A stretch of DNA of 64,000 bases from the IMG/VR virus record IMGVR_UViG_3300012971_000002, positions 1-64,000 of that record; one strand, written 5' to 3'. The position numbers and the translations under genes are program-made. Below are positions 1 through 8,672 of this stretch, piece after piece. The stretch's first letter is position 1, and every line of letters starts with the position of its first letter. This stretch comes from a virus. The notes below the pieces were generated by a model, which saw only the letters and a list, made by a program, of their open reading frames with translations, made no database searches and was not told where the DNA came from.

Positions 1-75
1 CAAAGCAATCGAAGAAATTATGGAGAAACTTCCGGAGTATCTTACCGGAACTTTTCCAGCATTGGAGATGAAGCA

Positions 76-477
76 ATGCACATACGCGAATGGTTTGTAT
101 CGCGCCACACCAGATTTGTGGAAGCTGAACTCGCCGCGCTCAAACTTGAATTGGCTCGAGTTCGATCCGAAGAACGTGAACGTCTTGATGATCTAAAAAA
201 GACTCACGCCGAAGAGTTATCTCGTGCTATATCAGATGTCGCATACCACCGGGATGAGGTAGAACGGTTGCGCCGCTTCCTTCTTCCGGGTATGGCTCCG
301 GCTTACGATGTGGTGCGTGAAGCAAGCTCTCCCAGCGCACCGGAATTGGTCCCTGACAAGTACGCCGGATTGACACCATTTCAGCGGATGCAAGCCAAGG
401 ATCTGGAAGCACAGGACGAGGAAATAAAACGGCGCAAACAAGTTCCAGCACCACCGGCAGAATCCACCGCCGCATAA
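76..477 (+). CDS. hypothetical protein, Arg/Glu-rich coiled-coil-like
   Basis: 133-aa ORF at head of + strand gene train; GGAG 8 nt upstream of ATG; no family recognised. Confidence 0.55.
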   Translation: MHIREWFVSRHTRFVEAELAALKLELARVRSEERERLDDLKKTHAEELSRAISDVAYHRDEVERLRRFLLPGMAPAYDVVREASSPSAPELVPDKYAGLTPFQRMQAKDLEAQDEEIKRRKQVPAPPAESTAA

Positions 478-492
478 GTTTGGAGGAATCAA

Positions 493-942
493 ATGGCTGT
501 CACAGCGAAAGACGGAACGCGACACCACTCCGCAAGCCGCGCCGCATTCCATGACAAGATGGCCGCGGACAAAACCGCAGCGGGTAAAGGCGATGGTGGC
601 GTCGAAACCAAGCCCAAAGGTGAAGCGGCCGATGGAGCCGAAGACGGCGAAGATGTCAGCCACATGCCGATCCATGAAGTGGTGGAAAAGCACGGACCGG
701 CGCACAAGGTGGAACTCGATCACGATCACGAAGGCGGCAAGCACACCAAGACTTCGCACCATGGCGGGAAGAAACACGTCTCCGAACACGAGAACGCACA
801 CGAAGCGCACCAGCACGGCATGATGGCCGCGGGCGTGGAAGAATCGCCGGACGAAGAACAGGAAACTCCGGATGATGCGAACCGCGAACTCGAAGGAGAG
901 AACGAAGAGAACGAAGGGGCTTCGATCCCCGGCATGGCTTAA
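493..942 (+). CDS. hypothetical His-rich acidic protein
   Basis: 149-aa ORF with GGAGGA upstream; 17 His plus many Asp/Glu/Gly, no hydrophobic core. Confidence 0.6.
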   Translation: MAVTAKDGTRHHSASRAAFHDKMAADKTAAGKGDGGVETKPKGEAADGAEDGEDVSHMPIHEVVEKHGPAHKVELDHDHEGGKHTKTSHHGGKKHVSEHENAHEAHQHGMMAAGVEESPDEEQETPDDANRELEGENEENEGASIPGMA

Positions 943-1022
943 CGGTCTCAAAGCAACAGGGGAGTGGGCGAGCGCGGTCCGGCACTCACTCCCCACTTTT
1001 TCTATCTGAGGGAGATAGGGAA

Positions 1023-1322
1023 ATGTCAGAACCGAAAGAGATCACCACGAAAGACCGGGAAGGCTTCGAGAAAGAAGCGCACAAGCAGATCGTGCGCGGC
1101 CGTCACCGGCTCATCTTGGAAATGGCCAGCAAAGGCAAGACCAAGGATGAGATCAACGGCGTGGTGATGATGATTGACTGGAAGCAAGAACAGGAGTGGG
1201 TTGCGGAAGAACTCGAGCAAACGGAGAAGTTAAAACGTGCCACGGCCGCGGCCGCGGTAGATGCGAAAACTCCCGCTCCGGTTCCGGTCCAGATCCCGAT
1301 ACCGCCTTCGCAAAGCAACTGA
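1023..1322 (+). CDS. hypothetical protein
   Basis: 99-aa ORF, purine-rich RBS upstream, Lys/Glu-rich; no family recognised. Confidence 0.55.
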   Translation: MSEPKEITTKDREGFEKEAHKQIVRGRHRLILEMASKGKTKDEINGVVMMIDWKQEQEWVAEELEQTEKLKRATAAAAVDAKTPAPVPVQIPIPPSQSN

Positions 1323-1323
1323 G

Positions 1324-1512
1324 ATGCCGTACACGCGCCAACAGGTGAAGTTCCTTTTCTCTAGCGGATCCCCGCTGTCTCCGGAACAAAAAGAAAAAAT
1401 GCACAGCGAATTGCACGCCAATCCCGCGCTTGGCCACATGAAGAAAGGCAGCGCGGAGATGAAACGTCCTTCTCGAATGGCCCATGCCTTCCAAGCAGCA
1501 CGCAGGAGATGA
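1324..1512 (+). CDS. small basic hypothetical protein (62 aa)
   Basis: Internal ATG of track ORF 1261-1512, 1 nt after stop of previous gene; C-terminus RMAHAFQAARRR resembles that of the 2360-2548 product. Confidence 0.5.
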   Translation: MPYTRQQVKFLFSSGSPLSPEQKEKMHSELHANPALGHMKKGSAEMKRPSRMAHAFQAARRR

Positions 1513-1516
1513 AGCA

Positions 1517-1681
1517 ATGATTATTTACTTTTCTTTGCTCGTGGCCATCATTGGAGTTTTGATGTACGCGCTTTGCACGAATGCCAAGTTGCAGGAGATC
1601 GGCCGGTTGCTGTTCTTCGCCGGGATCTTGGCATTCCTTCTGGGGACCGGATCTTCGTTGCAGGTATTGAAGCCGCACTGA
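1517..1681 (+). CDS. small membrane protein (54 aa, two predicted TM helices)
   Basis: ATG 4 nt after upstream stop, AGGAGA SD; hydrophobic stretches IIYFSLLVAIIGVLMYAL and LLFFAGILAFLLG. Confidence 0.6.
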   Translation: MIIYFSLLVAIIGVLMYALCTNAKLQEIGRLLFFAGILAFLLGTGSSLQVLKPH

Positions 1682-1693
1682 AAAGGGTTGGTG

Positions 1694-2128
1694 ATGGAAC
1701 GTAGAAACTTTCTGGCATCGCTCGCAAGTATCCCGCTTTGGGCAAGACCGCCGCTTCCCTCTGAACAAAAAGTGAAGCCGTACATGACTGTGCCACCGGC
1801 ACCGGCTACGAACATCACGGAGATCAATGTCGGATGTTCCGCGCTTTTCCCGAGTACCTTCCGTGCCGCTCGAGACTTCTGGGGTGAAGACTGTGAAGTG
1901 ATCGGCCATCCGGCGCAAAAGTCCGCATGGAATATAGCGCGTCAATTGATGGGGAATCCGGCATACAGCACCGAATGGAACGAAGCCCAAGACGAATACT
2001 TCATGGGCAAAGAGTTTACGGCCGATTACACCATGCCGATGGATGAGATCCACTTTCGCCGGAATGGCAAGGTTGTGGGCAAGATCCGGCAACTGGCGAT
2101 TCCAATGTCCTACATGAGCGTGCGATGA
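1694..2128 (+). CDS. hypothetical exported protein with twin-arginine-like signal
   Basis: N-terminus MERRNFLASLASIPLWA fits the Tat S/T-R-R-x-F-L pattern; ATG inside track ORF 1688-2128. Confidence 0.55.
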   Translation: MERRNFLASLASIPLWARPPLPSEQKVKPYMTVPPAPATNITEINVGCSALFPSTFRAARDFWGEDCEVIGHPAQKSAWNIARQLMGNPAYSTEWNEAQDEYFMGKEFTADYTMPMDEIHFRRNGKVVGKIRQLAIPMSYMSVR

Positions 2129-2367
2129 ATAAGCCCACCTATCCAGCCGATCACAAACCCGGAATGCGCGTACCGAAGGGTGGCTCGATGTGCGCGAACT
2201 GTCGCTACCTGAAAGACGCCGAAAAAAGAATTTGCGGCAATAGAGACTTTGTGAAGTGGAATGGTTCAGAAGTTATTCCCGCTCCGGTCAATGAATACTG
2301 TTCTGATTGGTACGAACCTAAGCATAATGTGGTGACTTCGGCACTGAAGGGAGAAAGAAATGGCTAA
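2125..2367 (+). CDS. hypothetical Cys-containing protein
   Basis: 80-aa ORF, ATGA overlap with upstream stop; CANC...C...C pattern. Confidence 0.55.
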   Translation: MNKPTYPADHKPGMRVPKGGSMCANCRYLKDAEKRICGNRDFVKWNGSEVIPAPVNEYCSDWYEPKHNVVTSALKGERNG

Positions 2368-2548
2368 CCGCTGGATGCAGGACGAAGCAGAACGCGAAAA
2401 ACACGCGGGGACCAAAGGAAGCTTTACCCGTCTTGCTCATCGTCACGGTCTTTCCGTTGGCGAAGAGATTACACGCGATGAAGACAAGCCGGGGCACGAA
2501 GGTAAAATGGCACGGATGGCGAAAGCTTTCAGATCGGCACGAAAATAA
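2360..2548 (+). CDS. small basic hypothetical protein
   Basis: 62-aa ORF overlapping upstream gene by 8 nt; KGSFTRLAHRHGLSVGEEI and C-terminal RMAKAFRSARK. Confidence 0.5.
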   Translation: MANRWMQDEAEREKHAGTKGSFTRLAHRHGLSVGEEITRDEDKPGHEGKMARMAKAFRSARK

Positions 2549-2567
2549 AACTCTGTGACGGAGGATT

Positions 2568-2840
2568 ATGTCAATGGCAATCGCGCTTACATCTAGTCCG
2601 CTGTCCATCGCCAGTATCATGCGATGGAATGGCGTAGTCACGCTCAAAGTCCTGAACCACGGCTTTACACAAGGCGTTCATGTTGGCGCTTCGCTTCGCG
2701 TCATCAATGCACCGGATCCCAGCTACAACGGAACCTTTTCCATCGCCAAAGTGGTGGACGCTGACACGATCCAATATCTGCAGCCGACACAGAACGACAT
2801 TCACACCGAACTCAGGGGTGGCGCAATTTCCGTGGGATGA
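2568..2840 (+). CDS. hypothetical protein, stand-alone copy of a beta-rich module also repeated in large virion proteins
   Basis: 90-aa ORF; motif GVHVGASLRVINAPDPSYNGTFSIAKV resembles repeats inside 13304-17911 and 37213-37899 products. Confidence 0.55.
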   Translation: MSMAIALTSSPLSIASIMRWNGVVTLKVLNHGFTQGVHVGASLRVINAPDPSYNGTFSIAKVVDADTIQYLQPTQNDIHTELRGGAISVG

Positions 2841-2877
2841 GGTTATACTCATGCCGCGGTAGGACGGAAAACGGGCA

Positions 2878-2917
2878 GGGGAAGCATCACTAGGCGCGAG
2901 TCTGGGATGGCTTCCCC
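2878..2917 (+). terminator. stem-loop between small-gene cluster and portal-like gene (terminator-like, no clear U-tract)
   Basis: GGGGAAGCATC ... GATGGCTTCCCC, about 11 bp with one bulge, 17-nt loop, followed by AATAAATT. Confidence 0.35.
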
Positions 2918-2940
2918 AATAAATTACGAAGAGGGTTTAG

Positions 2941-5532
2941 TTGGCAACCGCAGTTGCGAACTTCACCGAAGAAGAAACCAAAAAGCAAGGCGATGCCGAA
3001 ACACCGGATGAAGAAATTAAGCCCGGAGTTTTAGCTGGCGTAGATGTTTCTTTCGAACCGGATTATTGCGAAGACAGCGAAGACTATCCCCTGACATCTG
3101 AAGAAGTGGCCGCACTCAAAGAGATGTGCCGCAAAGCACAGACTCGCGACACACCGGCGCGGCTGATCGAGATCATTCAGGCGTGGGAAGCGGCGCTGTT
3201 CTACCGCGGCTATCAATTCCTCATTCCCTTGCGTGGCGGTGGCTGGAAGATCCCGAGTGAAGCGACGGGCTACGGTCCGTCTATGCAGATTGATCTCTCG
3301 CTTTTGCCCACGAACATCTACTCGTCTTACGGCCAGATGATTATCTCCGCGCTTACCCGCTCCGTGCCGAACGTCCGCTTCCAAGCGAATCAGGATTCAA
3401 GCGATGCGGCCATCACGAGCGCACAATCCGCGGACAAGTTCGTGAAGGTGATCCGGCGCAACAATGATTTGATCGTGGTCCAGACCGATGCAGCGCGTTA
3501 TCTCTGGTGTGACGGCCGCGCTCTCTATTGGTCCAGATGGGAAGTGGATGGCCAGCGCTTCGGATGGCAGGAGAAGGATCAGCCCAGCAATATCGTGCCG
3601 GAGAACGAACCGCCAACGGAAGTGGAAGAAAGTATCGTCGCGGGCGAAGAAAAGAAGGAAGTCCAAGAACAAAGCACGCCGATTGTTTCCGAAGACGAGG
3701 AAGCGCAAGACAACGTTACCGGCGAAGAAGCGGAAGAGGAACTGGAAGAAGCCACCAAGGGCCGCACGCCGAACGGGCAAGAAGTCCGCACCGCACACGG
3801 CAAACTCGAATGCAAGATGGTGCCGATGGCCGCGGCGAATCTCGCCGCTTGTGATGCGTTGCAGTTCGAACTCGAAGTGGACGAATGCCGCGCCAAGGGC
3901 ATGTTTCCGAAGAAAGCGGATGAGATCCATGGCGGGCAACAGGGCCAGAGCGAAGCCACGATTGCGCGGCTGGCTCGAGAGAACGTCAAGCTTGGAATGC
4001 AATCCACCTACGTCACCGCGGACTCTTCTTCACGCGATGTGACGATCCAGCGGACGTGGTGCCGTCCCTCTGCCTTCATGTGGGTGGACAACGAAGCCAC
4101 GCGCAATTCGCTCATCAAGAAGTTCCCCGATGGCGTCTACATCTGTTACGCCGGGGAAACCTTCATCTGGGCGCGGAACGAAAACATTGACGATTCATGG
4201 GCTGAGATCCAAGCCTACTCCGGCGACGGCCAGAACCGGAACGCGCTGGGCACTTCGATGATGCCCGCACAGAAGCGCATCAACAATTGGCTGGATCTCA
4301 TCAACGATTACTTTGTCCGCGGGATCCCCAAGATCTACATGGACAACAAAGCGTTCGATGTTCAGGCGCTCCGGCAACAGTCCAACGTTCCCGGTGACCG
4401 CGTGCCGATGAAACGCCAAGGGATCCCGGTGGAACAGCTTGTGTGGGCCGAACCGAAGGTGGAAGCACCGGCTTCGCTGTTCGAGTTCGTGAAGGAATAC
4501 ATCGGACCGCTTTGCGAATTGCTCACCGGTGGCTATCCGGCTATCTCTGGCGGCCAATCCGATACGGATACCTTCCGCGGCATGGCGCTGCAGCGGGATC
4601 AAGCATTAGGCCGGTTGGGACCAACGTGGCACAACATCCAGAACGCCGAAGCCAGAGCCACCAAGAACGAAGTGCGCTGGGGATCCAAGATGCGGAAAGG
4701 CACGATCAACGAACGGATTCCCGGTGGCGAAGTCATTCGTCTCGAAGTGAACGATCTGAAGTCCAACATTGCTTGCTATGCCGAATCGGATGAGAACTTC
4801 CCCGAGAGCTACCCGCAAAAGCAACAGCGGCTTGTGGGCTTCATGCAAGACTCTGCGAAGAATCCGATGCTGGGTGAAGTGCTCTACAATCCGGCGAATC
4901 TCGTGTTCCTGAAGTCCATGGTGGCGTTGCCGGAACTCTACATCCCGCAAGTGCTCGCATGGGAAAAGCAACTGGGCGAACTCGAGCTACTGACGAAACA
5001 GAAGCCGATCCCGAATCCGCAGATTGCCGAAGCGCAAGCCATGCTCGAGAAGTTAAAGAAGATGCCCAATGTGGATCAGACTCAACTCTTGGCGGTCCAA
5101 CAGGAAATTGACCAAATGGCCAAGACGAAGCCACTCGTTTCCTCTGTCACCGTAGATGGCCAAGTGGAAGACAACGAAACAGAAGCCATGTGTTGCTGGA
5201 AGTTTATGATGGAGCGCGAAGGCCGGAAACTAAAGCGCGTGAATCCGGAAGCCTTTGAGAACGTGCGCTTGCACTTCATGGATCACCAAGAAGCCGGACA
5301 ACAGAAAGCGGCCGCGGCTCCGGCACCTTCGAAACCGCCGTCCGAGTCCATTAATTACAAAGATGTGGCCGCAAATGATCCGGGCGCTGCAGCGCAATTG
5401 CTTGGCAAAGGTGGGATGACGCCCACCACACCAGCTTCGCCAGCGGAACCGCAATCATCGCCGGGAGTCCCATCGGCAATGCCAGCGCTTCCCGGTCCGG
5501 GGCAAGCAAGTCCCACGACACCGGCGAAATAA
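2941..5532 (+). CDS. portal-like protein (assigned by size and synteny)
   Basis: 863-aa ORF with TTG start immediately upstream of scaffold-like and capsid-like genes; acidic insert and Pro/Ala-rich C-terminus; no motif-level proof. Confidence 0.6.
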   Translation: MATAVANFTEEETKKQGDAETPDEEIKPGVLAGVDVSFEPDYCEDSEDYPLTSEEVAALKEMCRKAQTRDTPARLIEIIQAWEAALFYRGYQFLIPLRGGGWKIPSEATGYGPSMQIDLSLLPTNIYSSYGQMIISALTRSVPNVRFQANQDSSDAAITSAQSADKFVKVIRRNNDLIVVQTDAARYLWCDGRALYWSRWEVDGQRFGWQEKDQPSNIVPENEPPTEVEESIVAGEEKKEVQEQSTPIVSEDEEAQDNVTGEEAEEELEEATKGRTPNGQEVRTAHGKLECKMVPMAAANLAACDALQFELEVDECRAKGMFPKKADEIHGGQQGQSEATIARLARENVKLGMQSTYVTADSSSRDVTIQRTWCRPSAFMWVDNEATRNSLIKKFPDGVYICYAGETFIWARNENIDDSWAEIQAYSGDGQNRNALGTSMMPAQKRINNWLDLINDYFVRGIPKIYMDNKAFDVQALRQQSNVPGDRVPMKRQGIPVEQLVWAEPKVEAPASLFEFVKEYIGPLCELLTGGYPAISGGQSDTDTFRGMALQRDQALGRLGPTWHNIQNAEARATKNEVRWGSKMRKGTINERIPGGEVIRLEVNDLKSNIACYAESDENFPESYPQKQQRLVGFMQDSAKNPMLGEVLYNPANLVFLKSMVALPELYIPQVLAWEKQLGELELLTKQKPIPNPQIAEAQAMLEKLKKMPNVDQTQLLAVQQEIDQMAKTKPLVSSVTVDGQVEDNETEAMCCWKFMMEREGRKLKRVNPEAFENVRLHFMDHQEAGQQKAAAAPAPSKPPSESINYKDVAANDPGAAAQLLGKGGMTPTTPASPAEPQSSPGVPSAMPALPGPGQASPTTPAK

Positions 5533-5596
5533 AAGTTTGAAGGAATAAAATTCCTTCGAAAAGTACAAATCGGGTAACTAAATCGGGGAGGAAGTC

Positions 5597-7015
5597 ATGG
5601 ACGATCCAAATGCTATTGCTGGTGCTGGTGCGGGTGGTGGCGGCGCTGACGGTGCCGGTGATGGTGGTGCCGCTGCAGCCGTTGCGGATCCGGAAGTAGA
5701 TCCCAATGCCGGTGGTGGTGCGGCTCCGGCCGATGGCGGGGAAGCTGGCGGTGGCGACGGCGCGGCCGCGGCTGGCGGTGCGGAAGAAGAACGTTTACCG
5801 GGAGATCAAAGCACGGACGATCACCCGGAACGTGAAGAGATCTCTACCGATGGCCGCACGATTGACAAAGCCACTCGTGACGCCATTTCCAGACTCGAGA
5901 AGACGGACAAGAACCTTGCGAAGTTCGTGCGCGACACCGCTTTCCGCAATCAGGCGGTGGCCAAGGAATTTCCGGAAGCCAAGAACTTCAAGGAAGTAGT
6001 CAGCAACATCCGCACACTCAAGGCCACGCTCGAAGCCGTGGGTGGATCCGAAGGAATCGAAAGTCTGGAAACCGAAGTAGGCGACTACCGGAACGAGATC
6101 CAGCAATTCGCCAGAGGGGACCGCTCCCTGATCGAACAGCTTTACGAAGCGAATCCCGAAAATACGATGGTGGCCGCTCGCAATGCGCTTGAAGTACTGG
6201 GCGAGAAAAGCGCGAAGTTGCTCGATGAAGCCATGCTTCCCAGCGTGGTGCGCCGGTTCAATCAAGCCCAACTTCCGCAAATTCTCGCTGCAGTTATGAA
6301 GTTTTGCGAAGAAGGCAAAGGCCAAGAAGCTTGGGATCAGGCGAAACGAGTTCACGATTGGATGACCAATCTTGCAACTCAGGCCGGTGAGATCTCGAAG
6401 AATGTCAAACAAGTGGATCCGCGGGAACAAGCGCTGACGGACCGCGAAAACAAGATGAACCAACGCGAAGCCGATCACTATGACCGCACGATCAGCAACA
6501 GCGTCACCAAGCGGAATAACGATGCGCTTGGCACCGTGCTCACGGCTTCGTTCTGGAAGTCCATCGGCTACGATGGCAAAGACATGGGTGAATCCCGGCG
6601 CGACTTCACGCAAGGCGTAATGAATCGCGTGTGGGCCGCGATGAAAGCGGACAAGACGTTCCAGAAGAATGCTCACGCGGTCAAAGCCAAAGGCGATGCG
6701 GATCGTAGCGCGGAGTTCATATCGGACAAGTTCGAGGAACTTCTTCCGGATATTTTCCGGAACTACAAGAATATGCGCTTCCCCAGCCGTGGCGCGGCCA
6801 AGCCAGCCGCACCGGCCGCGAAGAATGGTGCCGCACCGGCGAACAAAGCCGCGGCTCCGGCCGCTGCAGCGGCGGTTACGCTGAAGCCGAAGCCACAGGA
6901 AATTGACTGGGACAAGACCACGGATGAGATGTTCAACATCGGCGGCAAGGTGGGCAAAGCTTACCGCAAGGACAACGGCAAGCTGGTGCAATGGAACTGG
7001 GCCGATCAGCCATAA
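5597..7015 (+). CDS. scaffolding-like protein
   Basis: 472-aa ORF between portal-like and capsid-like genes; Gly/Ala/Asp low-complexity N-terminus, helical charged middle, Ala/Pro-rich tail; GGGGAGGAAG SD. Confidence 0.55.
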   Translation: MDDPNAIAGAGAGGGGADGAGDGGAAAAVADPEVDPNAGGGAAPADGGEAGGGDGAAAAGGAEEERLPGDQSTDDHPEREEISTDGRTIDKATRDAISRLEKTDKNLAKFVRDTAFRNQAVAKEFPEAKNFKEVVSNIRTLKATLEAVGGSEGIESLETEVGDYRNEIQQFARGDRSLIEQLYEANPENTMVAARNALEVLGEKSAKLLDEAMLPSVVRRFNQAQLPQILAAVMKFCEEGKGQEAWDQAKRVHDWMTNLATQAGEISKNVKQVDPREQALTDRENKMNQREADHYDRTISNSVTKRNNDALGTVLTASFWKSIGYDGKDMGESRRDFTQGVMNRVWAAMKADKTFQKNAHAVKAKGDADRSAEFISDKFEELLPDIFRNYKNMRFPSRGAAKPAAPAAKNGAAPANKAAAPAAAAAVTLKPKPQEIDWDKTTDEMFNIGGKVGKAYRKDNGKLVQWNWADQP

Positions 7016-7022
7016 GTTTTTG

Positions 7023-7052
7023 TTGACACTTTCCGGCAAGCGGCTGTACCGT
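7023..7052 (+). promoter_or_regulatory. candidate sigma70-like promoter in 237-nt leader of capsid gene
   Basis: GTTGACA-N18-TACCGT, same geometry as the candidate promoter at 55602-55631 (GTTGACA-N18-TACAGT); weak -10. Confidence 0.25.
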
Positions 7053-7258
7053 ATCGGCATTGCTCAGAGATGTCGTGGTCACGCCCACGCTAAAAATATG
7101 AAGCCTCTCTGGCCAAACCAACACAATCGGGAAAAGCACTGAACTCGCGTGATTGACTTCACGTTGAGCGCCAACGCTGAATAGGCAGCAAAGCACAAGC
7201 TGGCAGATCTCGGGAATCTGCAGAACGTGCGCGTTGAGCCACTGCTGAGGTTGTGTCC

Positions 7259-8599
7259 ATGCCAGCGAACCCGCTCGCAGAAGCCGCTGTTGAAGCCGTA
7301 GAGCTAGAGAATTTTGCAAAGGGCATTCCGGATTACGTCTACAAGGGCCGGACTGTCTACAATCTTTTCAAAAAGGGCAGCAAGACTTATCCCACCGCCA
7401 ATATCACACAGGCCGGTGGCGTAACCCGTCCGGCATTCCGTGTGCCGATGCGGATCCAGTCCGGCGCGGCAATCTTCCAAGCCACCGGCAACGGTGACGC
7501 TCTAGGCCGTGGGACCGGTTCGCAGTGGATTGCCGGAGATCTTTCTCCGGTGGGACTCTTCGCCGGTTGCGAGATCACCTACCTTGCTCGCAAAGCCACC
7601 GAAGGGCCGAAGCGCGGACTCATCGCACTCCGGGCTGAAGAACTCAAGAACTCGTTCGAAACCTTCATGCAAGGTGTGGACGCTCAGTTCTTGACGGACG
7701 GCTCCGGCGCGGTGCTTCAAATCCCATCCACCGCGGTTATCACGACTGGCGGTTCCGGCGCTCAGACTTCGATCATCTCCGGTCTGGGCGGTCAGGCGAA
7801 CCAGTTACAGGAACAGCAAGTTGTCCAGTTCTTCGCCGCGGAAGGCGGTTCACCGCGTACCGGTGGTGTGGCAACGGCCACGGTTTCCTATGTGGACGGC
7901 GCGGCCGACATCGTGTACTTCAGCACCGCGCTCCCGAACGGCACCACGACGGGCGACTTCATTATGATTCAGGGCAGCACCGGCGCTTTGAACTCCGGCG
8001 TGCTCGGGATCTATGCGTTCCAAGTGGCATCGAACACCGGCACGATCCTGAATCTGTCGCGTTCTTCGTTCCCCGGCCAGTTGTCCACGCCGAACATCAA
8101 CAAGAACAACGCGCCGATCAACCTGACGGACGGCTACAAGGCTGAGATCTTGATCGGCCGCGGGTTGGGCCAAGAAAACAAAGCAGTGGACGAGTTCACT
8201 TGGATCTGTGGGCCGGATCAGCAACTTGCCGTTGCCCAGCTTTACACCCAAGTACTTGCCCAGTACATGCTTCCGTCCGGCGATAAGGCGCTGGATATGG
8301 CCAAGAAGAACATGTCTCCCACTTATGCCGGACGCGAATTGCACGTTGCGTATTCGGCCAAGGCGGGGCGTCTGGATGCGGTTGTACCGCCGAACTGGGG
8401 CATCGTTGAGACGGTTGAACCGTCCATCTATGACTTCGGTGATGGCGTCACCACGATGCCGATTCCGGACTTTGCCGGTCAGGGCAGCTACCTGACTTCT
8501 TCGATCTTCTTCTACAACGCCTTCTTGAACCTGTTCAATTCGAACCTGAAGGCGGGTTGCTACATCTCGAGCGCGGCTGTTCCCAGCGTCACGAGCTAG
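7259..8599 (+). CDS. major capsid-like protein (by synteny and size)
   Basis: 446 aa from ATG 7259 (GAGG 8 nt upstream; track start GTG 7253); follows scaffold-like gene, followed by hairpin. Confidence 0.6.
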   Translation: MPANPLAEAAVEAVELENFAKGIPDYVYKGRTVYNLFKKGSKTYPTANITQAGGVTRPAFRVPMRIQSGAAIFQATGNGDALGRGTGSQWIAGDLSPVGLFAGCEITYLARKATEGPKRGLIALRAEELKNSFETFMQGVDAQFLTDGSGAVLQIPSTAVITTGGSGAQTSIISGLGGQANQLQEQQVVQFFAAEGGSPRTGGVATATVSYVDGAADIVYFSTALPNGTTTGDFIMIQGSTGALNSGVLGIYAFQVASNTGTILNLSRSSFPGQLSTPNINKNNAPINLTDGYKAEILIGRGLGQENKAVDEFTWICGPDQQLAVAQLYTQVLAQYMLPSGDKALDMAKKNMSPTYAGRELHVAYSAKAGRLDAVVPPNWGIVETVEPSIYDFGDGVTTMPIPDFAGQGSYLTSSIFFYNAFLNLFNSNLKAGCYISSAAVPSVTS

Positions 8600-8623
8600 T
8601 AGCTGACAGAAGAAAAACATTCG

Positions 8624-8645
8624 GGGAGCATCGCAAGGTGCTCCC
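8624..8645 (+). terminator. stem-loop after capsid gene (attenuator/terminator-like)
   Basis: GGGAGCA-tcgcaagg-TGCTCCC 25 nt after the stop codon; no strong U-tract. Confidence 0.35.
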
Positions 8646-8672
8646 TGAAACTTCAAACAAATCGGGGAAAAT

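Noticed and set aside
64-78. 15-nt identical junction GGAGATGAAGCAATG at 64-78 and 1505-1519 (SD, TGA stop, ATG start)
   Set aside because: About one to two identical 15-mer pairs are expected by chance in 64 kb. It may reflect a shared coupling cassette, but it is not significant on its own. It also leaves the partial ORF at 1-71 unresolved, since three frames are open at the window edge.
232-996. 254-aa minus-strand ORF (and nested ORFs 489-707, 656-985, 726-935) antisense to the first + strand genes
   Set aside because: These are shadow ORFs opposite well-formed + strand genes with SDs. The composition is Arg/Cys/Phe-rich and low-complexity, and there is no RBS. The same applies to most long antisense ORFs in the track, for example 5795-7060, 7850-8689, 9887-10792, 15161-16588, 21546-22508, 30766-31413 and 49810-50631.
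7016-7252. 237-nt leader before the capsid gene, considered as a possible riboswitch or sRNA
   Set aside because: It has only short hairpins (CGTTG-AGCGC-CAACG, GCAGAT-N7-ATCTGC) and a weak promoter-like match. Nothing resembles a known structured RNA. A covariance-model scan would be needed.
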